Below, piece by piece: positions 14,189 through 26,402 of a DNA stretch of 64,000 nt. The position numbers and the translations under genes are program-made. Positions within the stretch are counted from its first letter, which is position 1. Each line of letters begins with the position of its first letter. Location of the stretch: the NCBI GenBank assembly GCA_951406725.2, contig OX597831.1:58342001-58406000 (forward strand), read 5' to 3'. This DNA is from Octopus vulgaris (lineage: Eukaryota). The notes below the pieces were generated by a model. It was not told the DNA's origin. It ran no database searches and saw nothing but the letters and a program-made list of their open reading frames with translations.

Positions 14189-14304
14189 AGAAACAATAAG
14201 GGAAGATTAAAAAAGAAAGTAAAAATTGTAAGATGAAGAATAAGAGCTGAAAGAACAACGTTAATATTACTGCAACTACAACAACTACTAATAAATAATA
14301 CTGA

Positions 14305-15810
14305 TTTCTTTTATTTGCCTCAAGAGAGAAGGATGTGGTGACATTACGTGATCAGGTTGTAAAAGGTGAGGAGGATTTTATATTGAAACGGAATGGTTGA
14401 CAAAACGGGAAGAATGTAGAAGTATATACAGTAAGCAAAATTAAGTTCTATAATGTATTTAGAGAGATATTTAGGACACTACAAGGGTAAATGATAAAAG
14501 ACAGGGTTGAGGGATTTAGGCAGAATAAATTATGGCCAAAAAAAAAAGTTGGAATACAAATGTGTTCCAAATATATAAAATGAAGAATTCCAATGGAAGG
14601 TTGCGAATCGCAGAGCCTTCAGTGAACCACGAAATACCAGAGATCGAGGACACTCTTGACTACAGGGTGAAAGTGCCCTTTTCCAGCTGCGCAGTCCGAT
14701 CTTCAGGTACATTTCTCAAATCCATATTTTAATATATTTACATTCGGCGCAGGTGTGGCTGTGTGGTAAGTAGCTTGCTTACCAACCACATGGTTCCGGG
14801 TTCAGTCCCACTGCGTTGCACCTTGGGCAAGTATCTTCTCCTATAGCCTCGGGCCGACCAAAGCCTTGTGAGTGGATTTGGTAGACGGAAAACTGAAAGA
14901 AGCCAATCGAATATATGTATATGTATATATATATATGTGTGTTTGTATGTTTGTGTGTTTGTCCCCCCAACATCGCTTGACAACCAATGCTGTTGTGTTT
15001 ACGTCCCCGTAACTTAGCGGTTCGGCAAAAGATACCGATAGAATAAGTACTAGGCTTACAAAGAATAAGCCCTGGGGTCGATTTGCTCGACTAAAGGCGG
15101 TGCTGCAGCATGGCCGCAGTCAAATTAGTGAAACAAGTAACAAGAGTAAAAGAGAGTAGAGAGTAATGCTTCTGTCTCTACTTTCCATTTTCTCTCCAAT
15201 ATAAAGTCAAGAAGCTGACAAGAGCTTGGCTAGAGAGGTGTAAAAGTGTCACTTATCCTTTTAACTTTGTCTACATTGGCACTTCTTTCACCACAGCCAT
15301 CACCTCTTAGAGAAAAACTGTTTTTACTTCCCCTCCATAAGAATGTAGCCAGTCTATCTTCAATAGGCCAGCAATTTTGGGGAGTTCTCTATAATCCTTG
15401 GGCTGAAAGTTATCCGCTAAAAATCTGTCCAGTTAACTTTCGTTGATGCTCCAACTCTCTCTCATAATGCCATAGCACTTTCTCATCGCTAATACTCAAT
15501 AAAATGGAAAGGATGGCCTACCACAGACTGCATAGCACGATTGCTATAGAAAACGGTGAGCGTCTGACAACATTCCAGACACTGGACTACCAATATTGTC
15601 TGTTTAACTCAGGGCTACAACTCCGTCAAAGGGATGAACTAAGGCAGAGATGCACAAAATCAGCGATCACACACACCAACTCTTCAGGAATGGTAGCAGA
15701 TGCTGCACTTATGGTTCATGTATCATCAGCTGCGGGTATAGAGAAACCTCTGTTCAGAGAATATTCAGAGCAGATGAGCCATCTGCTCAGCGGAACGTAA
15801 ACCCGCGGTC
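14305..15810 (-). mobile_element. Degenerate L1/Tx1-like LINE 3' region interrupted by a SINE
   Basis: Reverse-complement remnants MAVVKE..LERKMKVE; tail CTCTTGAGGCAAATAAAAGAAA resembles the tail at 21051-21075. Confidence 0.45.
14746..15164 (+). mobile_element. Full-length microsatellite-containing tRNA-derived SINE
   Basis: GGCGCAGGTGTGGCTGTGTGGTAAG head, GGGTTCAGTCCC, internal (TA)/(TG), tail CAGCATGGCCGCAGTC..GAAACAAGT(AAAGAGT)n. Confidence 0.9.
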
Positions 15811-15868
15811 TGCAGTTGGCCACCTCTTCCATTTTATTGGGGATTAGCGATTGATAAGTGCGATGACG

Positions 15869-16680
15869 TTATCGGGGAGATCTGGGTCGTCGACTAAAGT
15901 TAACTGGACAACTTTTTAACGGGAAGACTTTCGGTTCAGGAATTATGGCAAAATCCCTGACCTAGAGCAACGAAGAGTTACTGTATGATCGGGATGAACT
16001 CTATAGGCGCTATATGCTCATCAAAATAACTATTCTAGGCGCATACAAGCGACGAAACAGTCCTTTGTGTTCTAAGGCAGCGAGCTGACAGAAACGTTAG
16101 CACGCCGGGCGAAATGCTTAGCATTTCGTCTGCCGCTACGTTCTGAATTCAAATTCCACTGAGGTCGACTTTGCCTTTCATCCTTTCGGGGTCGATAAAT
16201 TAAGTACCAGTTACGTACTGAGGTCGATGTAATCGACTTAATCCATTTGTCTGTCCTTGTTTGTCCCCTCTGTGTTTAGCCTCTTGCGGGCAATAAAGAA
16301 ATAAGAAACAGTCCTTTGTGTTCTCTTTAAGGATCAAACATTACTGAATTGTGATCTTATGCGTAATAGCTTTTTTTCACCTGTAAGACGGATTCCACAT
16401 TTGACAAGTTCATCTTGAAGACAGATCAGCTGCTTTCTTTTGGACGAGAAGTAAAAAGCAGTTTTCCTCTAAGGGTGGCCACGGAAGAGTTGGCAAGAAG
16501 GGAAAGCTTCAAAGGATTGATGACTCTTCCACACCTCTTACGCGAAATTCTTGTCAGTCTCCTGACGTTCTCCCTTACACCAGACGCTGAAGGACTGAGG
16601 CTTGATCCCAGTCAGATAAAAACTAAGGCAAAGCTGGACGGTCTTAGATTAATAAATAACAGAAAAAGGCAACACTATGA
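15869..16680 (+). mobile_element. Degenerate L1/Tx1-like fragments interrupted by a SINE
   Basis: Homology with 12160-12290 and 20500-20700 (GREVKSSFPLRVATEELARRESFKGL versus KEGKNSFLIVLAIAREVIWKMRQKGF). Confidence 0.4.
16074..16304 (+). mobile_element. Full-length tRNA-derived SINE
   Basis: 20-bp TSD GAAACAGTCCTTTGTGTTCT at 16054-16073 and 16305-16324; tail GGGCAATAAAGAAATAA. Confidence 0.92.
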
Positions 16681-17385
16681 ACAGTAACAGTAAAAGTACT
16701 AGCAAAAACAATGTAAACAATAGCGAAGATTGCAGAAACTAAGACGAACCAATAAAAGAAGAACCAAGAAAACAATGAGAGTCGAACAAAAGAATACAAC
16801 GGGAAGGATAAGATAAACAATAAGGATAACGATTGTACCCTCACCACCAGTAACAACATTAACGACAAAAATAACCACAACAACAACAACTTAAACAATA
16901 GTACATTTCTTAATATCGCAAACAATAAGAATAATGTACCGCCACCACCAGCACCACCACCACCAACAACAACAATAACAATAACAACAGCAACCACTAC
17001 CAACGCCGCCATCAACAGCAGCAGCAGCAGCACCACCACCACCACCACCACTTATACCATCAACACCACCGTAATTAACAACATCAATGCCACCTTAAAA
17101 AAACTCGCAGACGAGCAACTAGAACAACGACGAAGCCAACGTTAATAATATTATCAACAACAGGAACAGGAACAGCAACAACAAAGCTAAGCTAACAACA
17201 GGGTCCTCAATAAGAATGTATACAACAACAACAACAACAACAACAACATCAAGAAGATCAACAACAATAGCAGCAGTAACAACGGTAGTAATAATAAAAA
17301 AAACTATATCACCAACAATATCTACAAACATAACTGCAACAACTGTACCAACATTAGTAACCACCACCACCACCACCACCACAGC

Positions 17386-17419
<34 letters not shown>

Positions 17420-18626
17420 GCATCAGCAACAGCAACGTCATTATCATCAACAACAAAAGAATATATTTCGCAATTTCGGTTAAAAATAATTTGGAAGAAG
17501 AAAGAAAAAAAAATGCAAAAATGAAATGTGATTATAAAGAAACGCATCCAGACTATAGCAACAAACCCTAAAACCCAGCATAGCATATATACATACCTAT
17601 ATATATATATATATATATATATATAGGTATATATATAGGTATGCATATGTGTGTGTATTATTTACATATATGTATATATATATAGGTATGTATATGTGTG
17701 TGTATTATTTACATATATGTATTTGCATGTATGTATATGTATTTATATACACATATACGTATGTTCATACACGCATATATACACGTGTACGTACATACAA
17801 ACGATCGTACATTAATTCATACCCACAGGCCTGCACATACGCATACATATATGTGCATGCATGTGTGTTTATGCGTGTGCAAACACAGACACATATATAT
17901 ATATACATCTATGTATGTATATAAGTATATACATATATGCATACGTGCATACGTACACAATATACGTACATATTTACGTACTTCTGCATTTTTACAAATG
18001 CATATATATATATATACAAGTACACACGCACACGTAGAGCCAAAAATATATTATATAAAAAAACACTATCTCCATATACGTAATCACATACACGCATGTA
18101 TATATACAAATAAACTTACATACATACTAAGAGACACAAGCACCCAAACTCACAGACATACACGTACATAAAAACACACACATCTACTCGTTTACGCGAA
18201 GAAACACACTCACACATACACGCACACACAAACACCTATAAACAATAAATACACATCACAAAAGGATACAATGAAAATAAAAGTAGAAAAAGTTAAGAGT
18301 AAAAAAAATAAAACCGGGGAAATATAACAAAGGAATGCGTAAGAAAATGAAAGTGAAACGAAGTTCTTAAAGAAAGAATTGATTGCCTAATAAAGGAATG
18401 GGTTTATCAGAAGAGTCAGAGCTGATTTGGCGCCATAGAATCTATGAAGCTGGCGGAAATTTATTTTGTCTATGTGTATATGTATGTATGTGGGTGTATA
18501 TATATGTATATGTGTTTACCCGTTGAGTGTTTTTGGCGTGTGGCGAGAGGCGGAGTAGGAGTGGTTACACGGGAAAATGCTTTCAACTTAGCTACAACCG
18601 TTAGTCGCCGGATAATCAGCTTCTGC

Positions 18627-18714
<88 letters not shown>

Positions 18715-18739
18715 CCTACCTACCTACCTACCTACCTAC

Positions 18740-18794
<55 letters not shown>

Positions 18795-19030
18795 CCTACC
18801 TATCTATCTACCTCTCACTCTCTCTATATATATATATCTATCTGTCTATCTGTCTGTCTAGTTCTCTTAAGTATGTATATGATTATACATAGAGGTATTT
18901 AGTATGTAGTGTGTGTGTGTATGTGCACACATACACAGAGAGAGACACAGACACAGACACAGACAGATCTCTCTCTCTCTCTCTGTATACATACATACAT
19001 ACATACATACATACATACATACAAACATAC

Positions 19031-19111
<81 letters not shown>

Positions 19112-19131
19112 AGAACAAAGTGTGTACGCCG

Positions 19132-19164
<33 letters not shown>

Positions 19165-19168
<4 letters not shown>

Positions 19169-19327
19169 CAAAATGGGACAAAGGCCGAAGCTGCCAAGAT
19201 ACTCGACTGAGGATAGGAAGCTCCGAATGACCCGTCCTTGTTTTTTCCTGTCCTTTTTTGTATCGTCTAATTGCCCGGATGTTTTGTTGCCGCCTGTTAA
19301 ATTCTTGTTCCAGTTTTTGTTTTCTCA
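19165..19327 (+). mobile_element. Short TA-flanked element with a weak hammerhead-like core
   Basis: Unique island between (TA)n tracts containing CTGAGGA TAGGAAGCTCC GAATGAC; T-rich 3' part like families A and B. Confidence 0.4.
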
Positions 19328-19335
19328 TATATATA

Positions 19336-19406
<71 letters not shown>

Positions 19407-20429
19407 ATGTATATAATATGTATACAGATACATGCACACACACATATTTAAAGTGACGTGGTGTGTCCAGTGCAATGTATCTTAAGCGGGATGGCGGCTC
19501 TAAGGTTTGAAAAAGGGTGGACAAAATGCCGTATATAATAAAATTAGAGTTTGTAACTTTTTAAACTTGACCAACATCAGGGCGAAGAAACAACAACTGC
19601 TTAGAGAGTACTCTACATAATTTCCCTAACATTCTTTTGGGAGGCCTGGCATTTATCAGTCAATGAACTCGCTGAGCTAGTGCGGTGGTGGTTGTAACCT
19701 TGTTTACAGATTTTTGTTGTTCGTTAGTTGTGAACTGAAAAGCAGCTTATTGTATATGTTTTCCTTGTTGTGTTGTGGTTATATCCAGAAAGACAAGAGC
19801 GATTGGGAGCACACCTTAGCCTTTTCTTTAGAGAAAAACTTGTGAATATCAAATTTATGGCATTTTCCAACAGATTAGAATTCTTGTAATCTTATGCAAT
19901 AGGGCAAAGATAAAAGTCGTCTTAGATCTTCGTTACCATTAGTTAATTCTCATTCACGACGAAGATAATGACCCTCACAAATACACATATCTGCCTCCTC
20001 TACGAAGCTTCATGACATATACATATTTTCCTGCAATGTGGATCTAAGGTCTTGGTGATTGTTTGGTGTCCGGAGCAAGTCTCACTGTTCTGGAAGCGTC
20101 AAGTCAGAACTGTAGCCAGTGAAACAGCGCAACGTCGTTGGCAGATAGCAGTGAGTATTCGCCGCATTTGCTCTTAGCATATCTAAAATATACAAACAAG
20201 GCGTGCTATAGGATAACATTAATTCAAGAATAACAATAGATAAAATAACAAAAGCGATCGGGGACTAAAGTGTTGGGAAATCTAACAATAGCATTAGATT
20301 CCTTTCTCTGTGTGACGCTCAATTATAACAAAATTTTACAAGTAGAACAACAAAAGCAGGATATCAAAATTGCATCCCAGATTTAAAGACTTTCATCATA
20401 CTGACTATATACTATGGTCAGTTGGGTGT

Positions 20430-21075
20430 ATTACTAAGATATTCTGCTAGTTTTTGCAAACGGAGCGAGCTGAGAGTTACCAGATTATTGCATGATACTG
20501 ACAAAGGTAGTAATGCCGAACAACTGTTGTCGAGTACTCGAAGAGTACAACTATCGACTGTGTCAATAGTAAAAATTGACCCGTCTGATTTCCCTTCGAA
20601 AGAAGGTAAGAATAGTTTTCTCATTGTATTGGCAATTGCGAGAGAGGTGATCTGGAAGATGAGACAGAAAGGATTTAAAGTCAGGCACTTTCATCGCCGG
20701 CTGTAACTTGGTAAACTATTTCACCTTTCACCTTAAAAGGAAGATAGGGCTAGAGAGAAAATGCCTGACTAAAAATGTTTGAAAATCGATGGAAGAATGT
20801 AACACGGATGTTGCGAGTGAATGTAACCTCATGAATGCGATGCAGGACGTATCTCAGGTATCAGTGGCGAGGCGGGGCTCGTGGGCTCGTGGGTCCGAAT
20901 TGAACCCGCCTTCCCACTCCATCCGTAATGTCTTCCAGTCTATCCTAGCATTCGATTTATTTATATTTTTGTGAATTTTAATGTCATCTTTATGTTATAT
21001 CCATCCGTCCATCTGACCCCAATCAGATTGTATTGTTCCTTACCTATGTTGTCCCCTTGTGGGAAATAAAAAATC
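20430..21075 (+). mobile_element. L1/Tx1-like LINE ORF2 C-terminus and 3' UTR
   Basis: AEQLLS..RVQLS..SIVKI..LAIAREVIWKMRQKG, then a frameshift to NLVNYFTFHLKRKIGLERKCL..FENRW; ends GTCCCCTTGTGGGAAATAAAAAA. Confidence 0.65.
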
Positions 21076-21357
21076 ACTAATGACGTGTACGAACATCACA
21101 TATTAAGAGGTTCAGTTTACTGCAAACTTAACAGTAGCAAATTGAATTCTTCAACGACAGCCAGTAACTCAGGAACTGACATGGATGAGAAATGGCTCTA
21201 ACAAAGCTCTTAAAAGAGCATCCACCTGCTAATCTCATTCTCTAACTAGAAGTCTCCCTTTCTATCTATATATGTATTAATGTTGGTATGTATACGAGTT
21301 CATTTTTAGATATGTATGTGTTTCTGTGTCTCTGATCAAAAGTGTGCGTGTGCATGC

Positions 21358-21388
<31 letters not shown>

Positions 21389-22224
21389 TGCGCGTGTGTG
21401 TGTGTGTGTGCGCGTACGTGTGCGTCCGCGTACTTGTGTGTGTGTGATTTTGTGTGGAGAAATGCACTTGTGTTGTTAAGTCTTATAGTAACGCCTTAAG
21501 TATCTTAAACGGTCAAATGCAAAATCCACTGACAGCAATTTCAACCTTCCAACTGTTAAGGAGTCGATAAGTTAAGCATTAGCAATATACTAAGAATGGT
21601 TTGGTTGCCAATTCTTCTCTTCTAGTAAAAAACAAAAAAAACAAAAACAAAACAAGCAAAAAAAACAAACTACAAAACCAAAACTAAAAAGCAATACAAA
21701 TTATTGCAATGTAAGCAGGATGCTGCCTGCCCATGAGAATAAAATCACCTAGTGCACACACGAACAGAAAGCACCTCAGCCAATATTTAGAAATAATCCT
21801 ATATCTCCATATAGTGCCTGAAGGAAGGAATATACTTTATGCAATGGAATAAATCAAACAGTTGCCCACTGTAGATGGATTTTCATCGGTTTTAACGATT
21901 AGTACTCAGTTTCTGAACAACTGAATTACTTAACCATTATACTAACTTATAAGTGTCTGAGTAGTTCGTCAACCTGTGTATTCATAACGTAATTCTTCAG
22001 CTGAATCACTATGGCAGTGTATAACAGTGTCTATATGTTTGAATTACTGGTATAGTCAATCACATGGGCTTCCTAACAGTTTCCCCTCTCTGCAGTTTCA
22101 CTCATAAAACTTGGATCGACCTGAAGTTGTGATAAAAGACACCTGCACAAGACGCTACGAAACAGTATCGAACACGGTACCCAGTGATTGTGAATGAAGC
22201 TAACTTCTTAAACATTCGGCCATA

Positions 22225-22381
22225 AGCGCAGGTGTGGCTGTGTGGTAAGAGGTTTGCTTCCCAACCACGTGGTTCTAGGTTCAGTCCCACTGCCTGGCAC
22301 CTTGGGCAGGTGTCCTCTACTATAGCCTCAGGCCGACTAAAGCCTTGTGAGTGGATTTTGTAGATGGAAACTGAAAGACGC

Positions 22382-22432
<51 letters not shown>

Positions 22433-22732
22433 CTAAAGCCTTGTGAGTGGCTTTAGTCGGCCTGAGGCCTTAGTAGAGGACACTCTTTATCTTATAGTAA
22501 ACTTTTAATACTTTTTGATAGTTATTAAAAAATAAATAAATAAAATAAAATAATAAAATAATAATAAATATATATATATATTTAAAATTTATAGATTAAA
22601 TTATTTAAATAATTTTATATTTTATATTTTTTTAATTAATTTTATTTCTATGTATTGGCTTATGATTTTCAGTTCGATTAGCCTAATAGTGGTTTTATTT
22701 CTAATTTAATATAATATAATAAAATATAATAT

Positions 22733-22829
<97 letters not shown>

Positions 22830-22880
22830 CATGTGTGTTTGTGTTTCTGTATGTATTTGTTTCCCACCACCTCTTAACAA
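22225..22880 (+). mobile_element. Microsatellite-containing SINE interrupted in its TA tract by an insertion
   Basis: Head at 22225-22385; the body resumes at about 22830 (TTTGTTTCCCACCAC..AACAAC). Confidence 0.7.
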
Positions 22881-23446
22881 CGTTGATTACAACAACAACA
22901 ACGACAATGCCCAGAGTTAAAATTCCATCAGGGTTGACTTTACTTGCTATTTGTCCCTGTGTCAGTTGAGTAGCTAAATTACTCGTAGACGGTGGTGGAA
23001 GCAGTAGCAGTTGCAATGAATTGACGAGTGTTTCATGGGCTTTGACGAGAGTGATTTCAATATTGTGTTACCTTTTTACGTTGGATCAAAGATAAACGTT
23101 TCGAAAGAGGAGGGATGACTGCCTTCATCCTAGTCGTCCGCGTCCTCATCTTTGTCCTCATCCCCTCTCCGTCTTAGCCGTGTTCATTCCCCAAGCTCCT
23201 CTCCACCTCTTCACCCCTCTTTTCTTCCCTGCTCCTCTCGTTCCCTCACCTCATTTTATCTCCATTCTTCTCTTCCTCCTCCCCCTCCTCCTCCCCCTCC
23301 TCGTCACCATCCTTCTCCTCCTCTCCCCCAACCTCCTAACCATCTTCCTTCTCCTCATCCTTCTCACTGTCATCGTCACAAACGAGCATAAAAGTCATAC
23401 GAGCATCATAGATTAAACATGGAGTCTCACAGACTTTGACCTCCTC

Positions 23447-23633
23447 GACTGCGGCCATGCTGGAGCACCACCTTTAGTCGAGCAAATCGACTCCAGGACT
23501 TCTTCTTCGTAAGCCTAGTACTTATTCTATCGGTATATTTTGCCGAACTGCTAAGTTATGGGGACGTAAACACAGTCGCACCGGATATCAAATGATGTTG
23601 GAGAGGGGAAGGAAGATAAACACAGATGCACAA

Positions 23634-23667
<34 letters not shown>

Positions 23668-23821
23668 GACGGGCTTCTTTCAGTTTCCGTTTACCAAATT
23701 CACTCACAAGGCTTTGGTCGGCCTGAGGCTATAGTAGGTGTCACGCAGTGGGACTGACCCCGGAACCATGTGGTTGGCAAGCAAGTAAGCTACTTACCAC
23801 ACAGCCACTCCTGCACACGCC
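23447..23821 (-). mobile_element. Microsatellite-containing SINE
   Basis: Reverse complement of the 14746-15164 family, with a small deletion in the head. Confidence 0.88.
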
Positions 23822-24255
23822 AACCACATTACTTTTGACTCGAACACTATCTATATTGATTTTGATTTGAACGGACAAAAGGACGCAACCCACGAGTTTT
23901 CTTTCTCGCTTTCTTTTCTCTTTTCTCTTTTTTCTCATTCCACTTCTCGCCTTTACCGTTTTCTCATCATTTCTTGTGTTTTCTCATAGCCGGTGACCTC
24001 TCATTTTTGTTTGTTTCCTTCAAAGACCTCCTTCTGTTTCTTTTATTGTAAAAAGACGTCATGTTGTACTTGAGCCTGAGAAAGAGAAGGCATGTTTTAT
24101 CAGCTGGCCAGTTTATTATATTTTCACAGCATGAAAATAGAATAGTAGTAGTTCAAATTTAAATACATACATACGTACATACATACATACATACATACAT
24201 ACATACATACACACATATATACATGCATGCATGCATACATACATACATACATACA

Positions 24256-24627
24256 TAACACAAATGGGCTAAAATTGACTACAGCTGTTTCAGACGAGTT
24301 TTTATTGATGAACAAATCATTTACATCATGTAAAACACAATAACTTTTTCTTGAGGTGATTTAAGATCGAAACAAAATTTAACATTTAGGATTTTTCACA
24401 CAGAAATTATAAAATGTTTATGGACTCTTTCATTTCGGTGCCAGCTGAGAGAAGAAAGAATCATTGCACATTCTATACTCTTTGTGCGAAAAATTCTAAA
24501 TGTTAAATGTATTTTAATTTTGATTTACCTGAAGAAAACGGGTCTTTACATGATGTATTTAATTCCTTTATCAATAGAAAAAACACGTCTGATACAGCTG
24601 TAGTGAACTTCGAATTATTTGCATTAT
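24256..24627. mobile_element. Head-to-head inverted pair of PLE-like ends, each with a long-stem-II hammerhead
   Basis: Imperfect palindrome of about 370 bp. Right arm CTGAAGA...ACACGTCT GATA CAGCTG TA; left arm (reverse complement) CTCAAGA...ACTCGTCT GAAA CAGCTG TA. Confidence 0.65.
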
Positions 24628-24950
24628 CGTTTATACTACATCACACTCAGGATCTACCCTGCGTTGGTTCTTGACCCTACAGTGGAGCATAGACTGCATG
24701 ACGGAGTATCTGTGTGATTTTACGTATACGTTAAGTGTGCGAGCTCTGTACATGTGAATGTATGCGTAACTGGAAAGACAAATTCGTAAATACTCTAGCA
24801 AATACGTAAGTGTCCGCACACTCTGTTGATACAAGGGTATGCTGTCTTTGTCTCTACTTTGATGTTCTTATTACTAAAATACCTCAATTCTATTGGATCC
24901 AACAAATTGTGCTTGGCATTGAACTGTGACTAGCATGTAACGACATGTGG

Positions 24951-25137
24951 ATCGTTGGCGATTTTTTCCCTCCGTCTTCCTTTTCTCTTGGACTTTCCTC
25001 TTTCTCCTGTTTCTGATGAAGAACTTTGATCGAAACGTAAAACTGCCTTTCTTTCTTTCCCTTAGCGTCTCCTAATACTTTGCATGTACCACGCCCTCGC
25101 GTTGTTGTTTTTCTTGCGTTCTTCGTCTTTTTTTATT
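24951..25137 (+). mobile_element. Hammerhead-bearing element, family B-like
   Basis: GTTT CTGATGA AGAACTTTGATC GAAACGTA AAAC at 25009-25043, followed by (CT)n(TA)n. Confidence 0.7.
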
Positions 25138-25142
25138 TACTA

Positions 25143-25223
<81 letters not shown>

Positions 25224-25231
25224 ATATATAT

Positions 25232-26270
25232 TATAATTAGGGTTCAGCAAAGATTTGCTTTACCACATACCAAAGTTTAGAAATAGCAGTCAAAGAACCT
25301 TAGCTATTTCTTCTACTTTAAGAAGAGACTCCCGGACAAAAACAAAGTACTCGAAACAACCCACGCAAACAGAGAGGAAAAATAACGAAAATCAATCGGT
25401 AATTGATTACCCATGGACGCGTTTCGGAATTCGATCGGTATAAAGAATGTAGAATTCATACTTTACCCAAACATTTTCCTCTTCAGCATGGGACTTCACG
25501 ATATTAAATCCGAAAGCACTGGAAAAATTGAATATACCTCTCCAACTAACAGTATCAGACAGATAATATTCAACGTCCAGTACCGCCGAATTCAAAATAT
25601 ACGAATGAGGTTCATCACCTTCCCTTATCCATCCACGTGTGTCGTCAAGTAAAAATACTACAGAAAAAAATCTGTAGTTTATTATCAAGTTTTTTTTTTC
25701 TCGTTCCCCCGATTTCGTCAGCTTGTTAACTTTAAGTGCTCTTGTGGCGAATTAAGTCGCTTTTGAGTTTTATTTCTAGCAATGCCGGTGCTATCTAGTA
25801 CCTTTATTTATAAATTTGCCTTTTGGTTTTTTTGCTAACTAGCCACATATAATGTTATTATTTATTAACAATAATATCATTATTTATAATTAGATACACC
25901 ACTACTGTTCGAATTTGGCGTTAACCTTTAACGGTTTTAAGAAGCTTGTATGAGGCAAGTAAAATTTTAACCCCGGGCAGCAAGAGCCACTGAGGAGAAC
26001 TAAGAGAAATATCTGAGTGCAAAATCTCACGTGGTATGGTTATATCTGTAATTTCATTTGCGAATGTCCCTCACTTTGGTATCTTGGCTATTTTTCTCGT
26101 TCCCCTGATCTCGTCAGTTTATTACTTTTAGTGCTATTGTGGCTAATTGAGTGACTCTTGACTCTTATTTCTAGCTACGCTGGTTATATCTAGTACTCTT
26201 GTTTATAAATTAGCCTTTTGGTCTTTTGTTAACTAGCCACATCAATTATTATTTATTAATAATAATATCA
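25232..26270 (+). mobile_element. Repeat segment between TA tracts (possible PLE 5' region or pLTR) with an internal ~185-bp diverged direct repeat
   Basis: 25695-25880 resembles 26090-26270 (TTTCTCGTTCCCC.GAT.TCGTCAG...AACTAGCCACAT). A degenerate hammerhead-like CTGAGGA..AAAA lies at 25990-26024. Confidence 0.45.
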
Positions 26271-26305
26271 ATATGTATATGCATATATGTATATGTATAT
26301 ATGTC

Positions 26306-26400
<95 letters not shown>

Positions 26401-26402
<2 letters not shown>

